From Podarcis gaigeae (taxonomy: Eukaryota), in assembly GCA_964106915.2 (NCBI GenBank), contig OZ066917.1: a stretch of DNA of 64,000 nt; one strand, 5' to 3'. Below, one piece after another: positions 23,001 through 32,445 of the stretch (position 1 is the first letter of the stretch; each line of letters starts with the position of its first letter). Made by a program: the position numbers and the translations under genes. The notes under the pieces were generated by a model that was given only the letters and a program-made list of their open reading frames with translations, searched no databases and was not told where the DNA came from.

Positions 23001-26000
23001 AATGCGATGCACTGCCGTGGCATCCACCTTTGTGAAATAAGAGAGAGGTGACTTTGGCATTTAGTCAAGTACTATTCAAGGCTACAGGTACTTAAAAAAA
23101 CAACATTGCAGGAAACAAAAGGAAGCAAATACATTGTTTTCATTGTGAAAAACTAATGTGGGCTGATTAAACTGATAAATGTAGAGGAATAAAGTAAATC
23201 AAATTTTAAAATTTTAGCCTGCTTCATTCTTCTGTCTGTGGAGTCTGAGTCCTGCCAAGTTTGATTATTATTTTTTAAGTAAGATTAGTTTAATGGGTCT
23301 CTAGATCCTTTCATACTTAGCAAAACATCTACATGGATTTTAGGATAATATCCTTAAATCTTTGCTACTCAACCAACTGTCCCATTTAAAAAAATTGATT
23401 TCCAGAACCATGTGTGTACTCGCTTCCAACAAGGGACATTTCATAAGGTATGCTTCCAGTGGGGGGGACGACCCTCAGATGCAAAGTTATTTATATTCCA
23501 AAAATCATTTAATTCAAATAATGACACTGAGTCTTTTTTTTTACTTCTGTTCCTCTGCTTATTGATAGCCAAAATAAGTGATATTTAGGCTGCAATCCTA
23601 TATATACTTACCTGGAAGAAAGTCCCACTGAACTCAATGGGGCTGACTTCCAAGTAGACACATATAGCATTGTGCGTTAATAACTTTCACAGGCCAGCAG
23701 AGGAGCTAAACTACTGCCTTTCCCAGCATCCTCATATGAACAAAGAGGAGCTTGCGGGAAAAGAGAAAGCAAGATCGCGTCATGTAGCTGTATTACAGGA
23801 GACCTCTGGGTATAGGGTGGTGTATAAGTTGGAAGAAGAAGAAGAAGAAGGGGGAGGAGGAGGAAGAAGAAGAAACAAAAACACTGGTCTCTCCTCTGTT
23901 CCAAATGTTTGCTCCTACACAAGATGAGAGAAAGTAGGCTACCCAATTCTAAGAAGCAAAACACACTACTGTACAGTGAAAGCAGGCAAAGGCCTTGCCT
24001 CCACAGTCCTTCTAAGCCCCAAGAAAAAACAGCAGCCCTGGGCAGTGCTTTTTCCCGGGGGTACTCAGGGGTACGCAGCCCCAACACCCTTTTTTTCTAG
24101 AATAAAAGCATTGGCCCTGGGGCACTTTCTCTCCAATCTCATTCCTAAACACCCAGCCAGCCCTAAACTGCAGATTGTACTAGTTCTAGTTCTTCCAATT
24201 TTCTTATATTTATATCCCACCATTCTTTCAAGAAGCCTGTGACATCTTTAGGATCATCTTTAGGTGGTTCCTCTCTAGACACTGAAACTATAGCAAAGGC
24301 TCACACACCCCATTCTGTCCACCCAAGGCTACCAGCTGTCAGTCACTGAAATTCTTAAACGGCTAACTGAAATATGCCAAGCAATGTTATTTAGAGCAAT
24401 CATGACTTAAGAGTGTTCATGATGTGCTATTGAGCATATGACGAAGTAAAAAAAATGCTTAAGACTCAGATACTAGAAATATATACAAAAGGATGCAACC
24501 GTAACCCGATATTTGAATGCCACCTCTGGTTTAACAGCAACTTTCATTAGTCCCAAATAGTTATTTGAAATGGAAGCCATAGCACAAAAATCCAGTGAAA
24601 ACCCTTTTGTCATCAAAGGGAACTATCAGTTTCTTACCACACTGTGGTTCAGGTGATTTTCTTCCCTTAATTCCAACCTGCTTTTCGAAGCATCTCCATC
24701 ATTTACTGGGATTTTCCTATTTTCAAGAGATATTTTTAAAAAGTGACTTACAGACACAATGTTAATGGTTTGACATTTTGATCTTGACTGCAGTGTTTCT
24801 ATTAAATTACCTTTATCAATACATCAGTGCAGAAGAAAATTAACAGATTTGCCCTCTAATTGGGCTTTTTCTCTTCTCTATAGAGTTCAGGGATGAAAAA
24901 ATGTTTTTGGACTTTAGTTCCAGTTAAGGAGTTTTGCTAAAGCAATACATGGTAGTAAATACTCTTTCTTTCTTTCTTTATTTAGAAACAAACGACCTTG
25001 TATAGTATCGTTTATATACAGATATACACACACACACACATATATATACAGAGACAGGAAAAACCCACACACTTCTAATATCATACAAATGTCAGCTGTT
25101 CAGTGCTGAAGAAGGAACCATACATCTGTGTGTTAGCAGCGTAGCAGCTCAGGGACTTGTTATCACAGAAAACACAGATAAAAGAATGCACCTCAGTGCC
25201 AACTTTCAAATCCCAGGGACACAATTGCTGACATACAGCAGAAGGGAAGTTTCATCATTACCCAGAAGGATATTTAAAGTGGTGGCACTATCAATTTTTA
25301 AAGTAAAAGCAACACCCACATTTTTGCCCTGTTTCCAGCTATTATTGTTACAACCCACACCTACTAGAAAAGCCACAGGATGCAATTGGATAGAAACAGA
25401 ACAATAGCATTTTGCTCATGTGCACCTCCTTCCTTTGACATTTGATAACAATATACACAGCCATGGCATTCCCCCTCAGTGTCTCGGAACTCATAATTTT
25501 CGCGTGCTGTTTTCAAACAATCAGAGAAAGTTATTAAATGACCCAATACTGTCCTGATTTTATTTTCTATAGGGTGCAAGTCTGACCAAAAGTACTTGCA
25601 AACACAGTGTGCTTGCTTCATTTTAATAATTAGAAGTAAAGAATTATAGTATTGTCCACTATTTTGTAAAGTCTCTTTAAAAAACTGTGTTTGGTATGCT
25701 TTTACAAGGCCCCAATCCAGAGAAAGTTAGCCCTGCTTCAGTCTCGTTGCAGCGAATGTGGCTTAGATTAATCATGACTAACTTGCCCCATTCATTTCAA
25801 TGAAGAATGACGAATGGTTTCTGAACTGGGGCCAAACTCTGACCTTTGTGCTAGTTTACGGAAAGTTATAGAAATATCTAATTGCTGGGCAAATTATCTT
25901 AAGTTGCAGGCCACATAATGTGGACCAATTGAAATTAAAAACCTGAATCCATGTTGTTCTTGTCTTTTTCACAAATAAAAATAATAAACTAAAAATAATA

Positions 26001-26478
26001 AAATAATAAACTTACAGGGACAACCTTAAGCACGCATGCCATGAAATAAGTTTCATTAAAAATCACAGACGTTTGCTTTCCAGTAAATACACTGAAGATT
26101 GGGAGAGAATGTATGTAATATATGTGAGGAAGAGGTGACTTTGGGAGCTAATCTTTTATAAGCCCCCTTCTGGTTTCCTGAGCAACACTGATTGTTAAAA
26201 CAGTACACGAAGGGAGAGTCTGCGCCCATAACATCTCTCTTCTCCAACTCTTGTCTCATAAAAGCGCTCTCCATGAGTTATCTCCATGCAAGCTATTAAA
26301 AAAAGAGCTATGCGCTAAGACAAATTAACGCTGAAACCCCCTTCTCCAGAAGCACCGCGTGGTTTAACTTTCCTGAAACTTAAAATATTTACCTCTCTTC
26401 GTTAATCCCACACATGCGGACTCTCTCATTGCTCATCCAGCTATGAACGTTGCCATACAGGGGAGTTGCAGAAAGCAT
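1883..26478 (-). CDS. BCOR: BCL6 corepressor (BCOR), multi-exon CDS, 3' end outside the window
   Basis: Exons 26478-26393, 24716-24638, 23027-20223, 19128-18945, 6545-6267, 5934-5581, 2832-2504 and 2020-1883 join in one frame (4254 nt). Translation starts [15 protein letters not shown] and includes PLDLS, the BCL6-binding peptide, [10 protein letters not shown] and the start of the ankyrin region ([18 protein letters not shown]). Confidence 0.98.
2021..2157 (-). pseudogene. Frameshifted 5' remnant of ancestral BCOR exon 10
   Basis: After ttttgacag| reads VIV, then 4 extra nt, then [19 protein letters not shown] to LLPVS, then 1 extra nt. It resembles human [22 protein letters not shown] but hits a TGA if spliced at 2157. 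Confidence 0.65.
2504..2832 (-). CDS. BCOR: BCOR exon 9 ([12 protein letters not shown] to ESAEEK)
   Basis: ccccatttag acceptor, AAG|GTATCT donor, 329 nt, phase 1-0; ORF 2414..2914. Confidence 0.95.
5581..5934 (-). CDS. BCOR: BCOR exon 8 ([18 protein letters not shown] to SDNEQ), with AF9/MLLT3-binding motif [10 protein letters not shown]
   Basis: ttttccattag acceptor, AAG|GTATGC donor, 354 nt, phase 1-1; ORF 5543..5914. Confidence 0.97.
6267..6545 (-). CDS. BCOR: BCOR exon 7 with two basic NLS-like motifs ([17 protein letters not shown])
   Basis: ttttgttttaaatgaag acceptor, AAG|GTAACC donor, 279 nt, phase 1-1; within ORF 6238..6693. Confidence 0.92.
8166..8286 (+). mobile_element. 5'-truncated Sauria SINE with 13-bp TSD
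   Basis: Near-identical to the 3' end of the 40866 copy; (ACCTTT)n tail; TATATCTCAAGAT at 8153-8165 and 8287-8299. Confidence 0.92.
8720..8966. mobile_element. hAT-type MITE
   Basis: Imperfect TIRs cagggGTCAGCAAACT and AGTTTGCCTGcccatg; degenerate 8-bp flanks gactagag/ctctggag. Confidence 0.7.
10100..10450 (+). mobile_element. Full-length Sauria SINE
   Basis: tRNA-like head (ggtggcgctgtgg, ggtttgaatcc), ACCTTT tail, 14-bp TSD taagtatacgtgaa/taagtatatgtgaa (10086-10099, 10451-10464). Confidence 0.93.
11612..11657. repeat. Perfect 23-bp tandem duplication
   Basis: tgaaccttataaagcagcagaaa twice. Confidence 0.9.
15445..15689. mobile_element. Tc1/mariner (Tigger-like) MITE, diverged
   Basis: ta|cagtcgcacct to gaggtaccac ends; internal palindrome ggttggctgcagga/tcctgcagccaatc. 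Confidence 0.7.
18639..18863. mobile_element. Tc1/mariner MITE, copy 1, 82 nt from the exon 6 donor
   Basis: TA|CAGTGGTACCTCGG to CCGAGGTACCACTG|TA; same family as 53708 and 59425. Confidence 0.92.
18945..19128 (-). CDS. BCOR: BCOR exon 6 ([17 protein letters not shown] to QNDNDR)
   Basis: ttctctttctag acceptor, T|GTAAGC donor, 184 nt; overlaps ORF 18895..19122. Confidence 0.96.
19488..19635. other. Assembly gap (148 N), probably containing BCOR exon 5
   Basis: N run lies between exons 4 and 6. No MEGLQEDSIL-like exon is seen in the flanks. The minus strand leaves the gap as n-TGAGTT, compatible with a GTGAGT donor. Confidence 0.9.
20223..23027 (-). CDS. BCOR: BCOR exon 4, the large 2805-nt exon
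   Basis: Lies within ORF 20205..23060. tttcacaaag|GTG GAT acceptor, CAG|GTGAGT donor. Encodes [19 protein letters not shown] to SREQRALQ. Confidence 0.98.
21669..21719 (-). other. BCOR: BCL6 BTB-binding peptide of BCOR ([17 protein letters not shown])
   Basis: Matches the known human BCOR BCL6-binding peptide [17 protein letters not shown] with one S-to-P change. Confidence 0.92.
21876..21890 (-). other. BCOR: PLDLS CtBP-binding-type motif in BCOR exon 4
   Basis: CCA TTG GAT TTG TCA; canonical PxDLS motif. Confidence 0.8.
23588..23675. repeat. ~90-bp imperfectly palindromic dispersed repeat (gctgcaatccta...acttac...cattgaactcaatg...taggattgc)
   Basis: Related diverged copies near 10806, 30858, 37317, 40560, 48917, 50208, 51560, 55425 and 56583. 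Confidence 0.75.
24638..24716 (-). CDS. BCOR: BCOR exon 3 ([26 protein letters not shown])
   Basis: aaatag acceptor, GTG|GTAAGA donor, 79 nt; completes the split Arg codon and returns to phase 0. Confidence 0.95.
26393..26478 (-). CDS. BCOR: BCOR exon 2 coding part ([29 protein letters not shown]); exon begins at 26523 with 45 nt of 5'UTR
   Basis: ATG at 26478. Polypyrimidine tract and caattag acceptor at 26525-26524; AG|GTAAAT donor. 86 coding nt, matching the recalled human exon 2. Too short for the ORF track. Confidence 0.96.
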
Positions 26479-27094
26479 GACTTCTCCTTAAAACAGAGGC
26501 TTTTCTTCACACGTGTGTATAATCTAATTGGTGGGAAAGAAAAAAAAAGAAGTTGAGAAGATTGACCGGGGAGGAAGGGCAGACATCATAGTGGAATCAC
26601 CGGTCTCCCTCGAGATAATTAACAAGGAATATAGGCTTGGTACAAGGTCGTGAGCAGCCAGAGTTAAAACACATGTAACAAAAAGTAGGAAGTTGAGGGA
26701 ATGCACTGGTCAGAAACGCTATAAATCTAACGTTGTGCAGGACAGGAGAAGAATGTTACTCCCATTGAGTTTAATTCGAAATAAAAACAATTACACACCC
26801 ATCAGGAAAGCACACCTTACTTGTAATGAAGCCAGAGATATTTGCTTGATACTCAAGCGAATTACATCCCAGGAATTCATGGTGCACACAGACAAGCAAA
26901 TGAAAACCAACTGGGATATTATAGCGTTTAGTTACCACACTACTGATTAAAATTGCTTAAGGTGGCATACAAAAAAAGTAGGGACTTTTGCAAAAACACA
27001 CACACACAACAATATACCCATAAAACTTAGTAAACAGGACCAGCAAAAACCCACCCAAAAGTAAATGCTTTTGGATCCTATTGATTTCACAGTC

Positions 27095-27295
27095 TAGTGC
27101 ATTGTGGTGGCGAGATTGTCTGCGTGGGAAACCTAGGTTCCAATCCCCACTTGGCCATGAAGCGCACTGAGTAACCTTGGGCACTCCACTCACTTTCTTA
27201 TCTCACCCTAACCTATCTCACAGGGTTGTTGTGCAGATTAAATGAGGAGAGAGAGAACCATGTATATACCACCTTGAGCTCCTTGGGGGAAAAGG
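27095..27295 (+). mobile_element. MIR/CORE-like SINE
   Basis: B-box-like ggttccaatccc, then gtaaccttgggca and acctatctcacagggttgttgtg, typical of the CORE domain. Confidence 0.7.
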
Positions 27296-30200
27296 TAAGA
27301 AAAGAAAAAATTCACTGGGAGTGTTGGGCATCTGCATAACTTCTACAGGATGTAAGAGTACTCGACTTTGGCGGCATAATTCTGTCTGTGTGTTTAACCC
27401 TTCGTAAACAGCAATATATAATTTGCATTGATACAGACACCAGTGGATTTTCTTTTCCACGTGTAGCACAACCAGTGTGTGTGATCCAGCGGCAATTGTG
27501 ACACCCCCCTCCCTCTGAAATCAATGGTACCTAGTGTCACTAAATGTACTTTTTAGCCTGATTGTCCCCATTATGTTGAAATAACTTTCAGTGAAACTTT
27601 AAATCCAAATAATAGGGACGATCCAACCAAATTACCGTAAGCAGGACAAATTCCCGCAGGTTTTCATTTATTCACAAAGCAGAGCTCAACATTGGCGGGA
27701 TCTTACCCAGTGCACAAAAGAACTGGGTTGTGTTTGAAGAGATAACTTTAGCAAGGAGGAAATCCAAATACGAAAACACTGCCTGGGAGTGGGAACGGGG
27801 CCAGACTGAAGGCACAGAGTGATATCCTAACATTCACTTTTTTAAAAAAGCAAGGTGTCAAATGTCAGTTTCCACTTCAAATGAAGTTTCTAGCGTTTCT
27901 ATCTGTGAAAACAAGCTGGAGTAGAAGGCCAGAGACAAACAAGAGCTCCTATTTTTAATAGGGCAACCATTTTCCTAGAAGTTCGTCTCCCAGCCCAGAA
28001 AAGGGTTAAGGGGAGAGAGAAAAAAACATTAAGTAGGTTGGTGAGATCCCCAGCCCTTGATTTGATTAAGTAACCCAACCCTGGTGGCTTCCACCATTGG
28101 AGCTGCTGTTGTTGCGCCGTCGCCGCCGCTGCTGCTTTGAGTGCTTTCAGTAATTCAATGACGCCTGCTCACTCCAGGGAAAGAAATCATTAGCGGGCTC
28201 ACTGGAGAAGCATTAGCAGTCCGAAAGGATCGGCGCTGCGTGCAGCAGGGAAGGCAGGTGAAAGGCAACCGGATTTTCGCGTCCAGCAACAGAAGGGCCT
28301 CGCCTGCCTTTCTTCCCTCCCGAACGCGCCATCTCCGCCCGCATTAAATTCTAGTTTGCTGCATGAGTGAAGTGTCAGGACAAGCTGCGTTTTATTAACA
28401 CGATTATCGCGGCGCGTGATTTATTCCAGTGCCGGATTTTAATTGCTCTTTGGAGGTTCAGTCGTTTCTTTTGACTGAGCTTCAGCCTGCATCCCGCTGT
28501 TAAATGCTGGGTTAATAAGTAGGGGGAGCCTTTAATGCACAGGATACCCCTTCAGCTCTTCCTCTCACCAAAAAGGAGGGAGGGGAGGGGAAAGTGCGCG
28601 CAGGCACAAAATGCCTCGCCAAGGGGAGGAACGGCGAACGCGGGACGCGCTGCGCTAAATTGCTTTTCTGCAGAGAAGGGAGGCTTCCCGAGCTTTTTCG
28701 GTTTTTTAAACGGAGACGTACTAGGGCGCAATCCTTAACGTAGCTACCACCGAGGAAGTCGCTCTGCACAAATCGGGACCCATTTCTAAGCTAAACACGT
28801 TTAGGATCGCACGGAACGGATGGAGCCCTTAACCTTTGTATTCCTAATAAGGGGCCATCCTACACACGGTTAATAACTTGGGGATACAGCACCACTGAAA
28901 CTAACTCACTATCCAATATAAGTATGCAATTAGGATCGGGCTCTGTTGCTGCAGCCCTTCAACCCCTGTGGCTCAACCAAGCCCAGTGGGATTACCCGAG
29001 AGTAAACGGTGGAGGAGCCCAGGGGTCTGGTCGGACCTATCCACGCAGAGGCCAGTGGAGAGCACCACGCACGCACGCACCGCAGTTTAAAAGCCCCCGT
29101 GCTCCAAAACAGACGAATTAACCCTTAAAACCAGAGCGGAGGCAAAACCTAGGTTGCGTTTGCGCACAAATGCTCCAGAGGAGGACCTCCGTATAAGCGC
29201 CAAGGAAAGCCCTGTGTTCTCTCAAGCATTTCATGAGCCCTTCTTGTTCCCCCTCCCAGCTCCTTGAAGAAGCCTTTTGTGCAGATCCCCACGCACGGAA
29301 CATATTTTACTGAAATGGCACCGTCCCCTCCCTCTTTGCCTCCCTCCGCAGCAGCTAGCTTGCAAGAGCTGACCCCAATTGCTGTCAAGGAAGAGGAGCT
29401 GGCCCCTTCTCCTCTCCTTCCTTCTCCTCGCACCCCCCCCCCACCGCCCCAGTAAAGGCTAGGACGAAATATCGCCCTATCATTCAAAAGTTGTTGTTCC
29501 AGGGGAAAGACGGGTTTTGCTGACCAGATTTAGTGTTTTCCAGATGCACGGCTCGTAATGTTTTCAAATGGAGCAGCCGCAGCCTGGAGAGTGATTGAGA
29601 GTTTTACATACGGTTAGTAGCCGCCCAGAGCGCTGCCTCATCTGTAAGGAATGGAGGGGACACAAAGTCCAAAGAGATAGGGCTGTCTGCACGGAGGGAG
29701 GGGACGCCGCTCCCTCTCCCCTTTCCCCCACCCCTTTTCTGAAAAGCAGGAGACATGCCCGGCAGCCTAATCTTACTTTTTATAGGCTGGAACTGAGCTA
29801 AGGCTCTGGGTTTCCTCGCGGGGAAATGTATCGTTGGTTGCCATCGGCTGGTGCTTCTGAGATCTGCAAAAGTCGACCCCAGGAGCGCGATCTGAGTCGA
29901 ACCCAGATACTTGGGGCGCTGTGTGGGGAGGGGGAGCCGTTGGCTTCCAAAGGCAGATATGCAAGCGAAGCTACGCCCTGAATGCAAAGGTTTCCTAAAC
30001 TGGGAAGAGAGGAAGGTCAAAGGCAAATTGCCAAATAATCGGCCCAGATTATGATAGCTCCCAAAGCGCTACAGTGCGTATTTAAAAATAAAACAACAAA
30101 ACAAGGAGAAAAAGAAAACTATGTTGCCTTCTGCTGCAAGACAACCATCTCTCTTTGCTAGTCCACGCCGCGAAACTCGCCCCGGGCAAAGGTGTTTGCA

Positions 30201-32381
30201 CAGAAGGGGCCCAGAGCGAGGCTGGGATTGCTTAAAGTCTGCCGCGGAGCTTTTGCAACAGAAGAAGTTGCCAAATTCCCCTTTGGAGCGTCGCCGCTGC
30301 ATCCCAGCGACACGAGGCGAAAGGGAGGCGGGATCCGCGGGCTGGGAGAGAAAGGCCTTTTCGGAGGCCGGGAGAAGAGTTGCAGCAGCCGGGAGCGCGC
30401 AGCGCCTGAGCCGGTTCTGTGCAAAAAGTACAACCGAGCGCGCGCGATCCCTTCCTGGGAGGTGGGCGAGGCGAGATGTTTGCTCGTTTCTGCTCGTTTT
30501 CAGGGTCGCGCTTCCCGGCGCATACATACGTTGTTTATAATCACCGCCGCCCTGATGAACTTTTTGTGAACTGTTTAAAAGTGGAGGTCTGTTGAACAAA
30601 CAGCGGCGCCACTGCCAGCCATAATTTCATTGCAACAAGCAACAGACTTTTAACCCTTCGGGCTCCAGGAGGAGACGTTGCTGGCAAAGCAGCAGCTCTT
30701 TCTGCTTTGTGGCTGTGAGCCTGGAAGGTTACATATAAGCAACCACTCCGCTTACGGAGCAATGGATCCACAGCTCAGTTAAGTCCGAGCATTTGGATCT
30801 ACGGTCCAGAGCAGGCTTTACCCGCAAGTCCCTGTGAAATCAAAGAAATGCGCTCAAGGCTGCAATCCTACCCACTACTCGTTTACCCGGGAGTAATCCC
30901 CAGTTAACGCATTGGGACTAGAGTAGACATGCACTGGTTTACCCTGTAACTACCCAAACCTTCCTCTTACCTGAAGATAAATCCCAAGAGGTCCAGTAAA
31001 ACAAGGATGGGGGACCGGAAGCCCACTCTCCTTAGGCCGCACCCCACTGGCCCTGCCCCCACAAACCCTTCGGAGCGCTTTTGTCTGGTTTGAATGTGTC
31101 CTTGGCCGAAGATAATGCCTCTTCGCTTGCCTTGACGCACTTTATAGAGAAATAGAACACAGGAACCTTTTGACTCTTGCGCGGTTAGAATGTAAGCTGC
31201 TGTAACATCCATGGAGCCACCGCCGCCTCTGGCCTCGCCCACCGCCGGCCCCGGAAGGCTCCTTCAGGTGGGACCCTCAGGCTGAAAAGGAGTGCCCCCC
31301 CCCGCACCGAAATAAAGACAGACCCAAGTCCCGCTTGTATTTTGCGAGGCCTAGTCCCCAGAAAGTGCACGCAGAATCGGGGCTGTTCAGGACTACTTGT
31401 TAGCTCTAGGTATTAATCGCCTGCCTAGACATGCTAATAAAAGGCGACATATATAATGCATAGTGTAAATTAAAATACACAAGCGTCTGAGAAAGTCACG
31501 CTTAGAGACACTGTCAAAAAGAAGTGGGGTTTGGGCATAAGGAGGGCGGGTAGGCCGTGGCTGCTAAAGTTTGTTAGTGTTTATTGCGATTATTTCCCAC
31601 CCCATCCCCCCAAAAATCAGTACGTTGAATTGGTGTGTATGCTTTAGCTGAGATTCCGGCTACACTAGAGAGTTGGACTAAAGACCGCAGTTTTATCTAA
31701 TTCGTCCTGAAAATTAAATAAACCACCTCCCTGGCTGTTTCTCCGCCTCCGTGGAGCGATTCAGGGCTTGGCACTTTGCTTTTCCGAGTCCCCGCAAGTC
31801 TCCTTCTACCTTCGGGAATCTCCCCGTTATGTAACACTCTTTTGCTTTATACATAGAAGGGGGGCGGAGGGGACGTAAGGCAGGAGACAACAGAAAATAA
31901 CAGAACCGCACATATGTCACGATTCCCCCCCCCAAAAAAAAACTTGATTAAAAAGCTCTCCTCGGTGCCTCCCCCTCCCGCATGCTACTTTGGAGAGCAC
32001 ACCCCCTCCACCTCGTTTATATGCTGCTAGCACATGCCCAGCACCTCGGCCAGAGTTGCTAGAAGCTGCCATAGCTGCAGCAGCTTCCGACCGTACCAGC
32101 CCGCGACGGAAAGCAAAACCTCCTCCCCGGGGTGGGGATCGCGCCGCGCCTCCTGCCGAGCGAGGCGAGCTCGCTGGCTGCGCGAGAATGTGACCTAAGG
32201 CGGCAGCAGCAGCAGCAGCAGCAGGCAGGCAGGCTCCGAGCGCCAAAGAGGCCACGCGGAATTTCCTCCCCGGAGGTGTCCGGCTGACAAATCCGTCAAG
32301 CTCGCCTGGGAGGAAAGGGGGGGGAGCTGTACGGCGGGGTTTCGCTGCAAAACCTGCTCGGTGTCCGCTGCCGAGAGGAGC

Positions 32382-32386
<5 letters not shown>

Positions 32387-32435
<49 letters not shown>

Positions 32436-32445
32436 CCCCCCCCCC
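32387..32445. repeat. (CT)n microsatellite followed by a C run
   Basis: Read directly. Confidence 0.97.

Noticed and set aside
23028-23060. [11 protein letters not shown] as the N-terminus of the 951-aa ORF
   Set aside because: Intron 3 acceptor sequence; the true start is in exon 2 at 26478.
1883-26478. Whole locus as a BCOR pseudogene, or as BCORL1
   Set aside because: About 1400 codons are intact with conserved splice sites, damage is confined to one segment with an in-frame bypass, and the N-terminus and BCL6-binding peptide are BCOR-specific.
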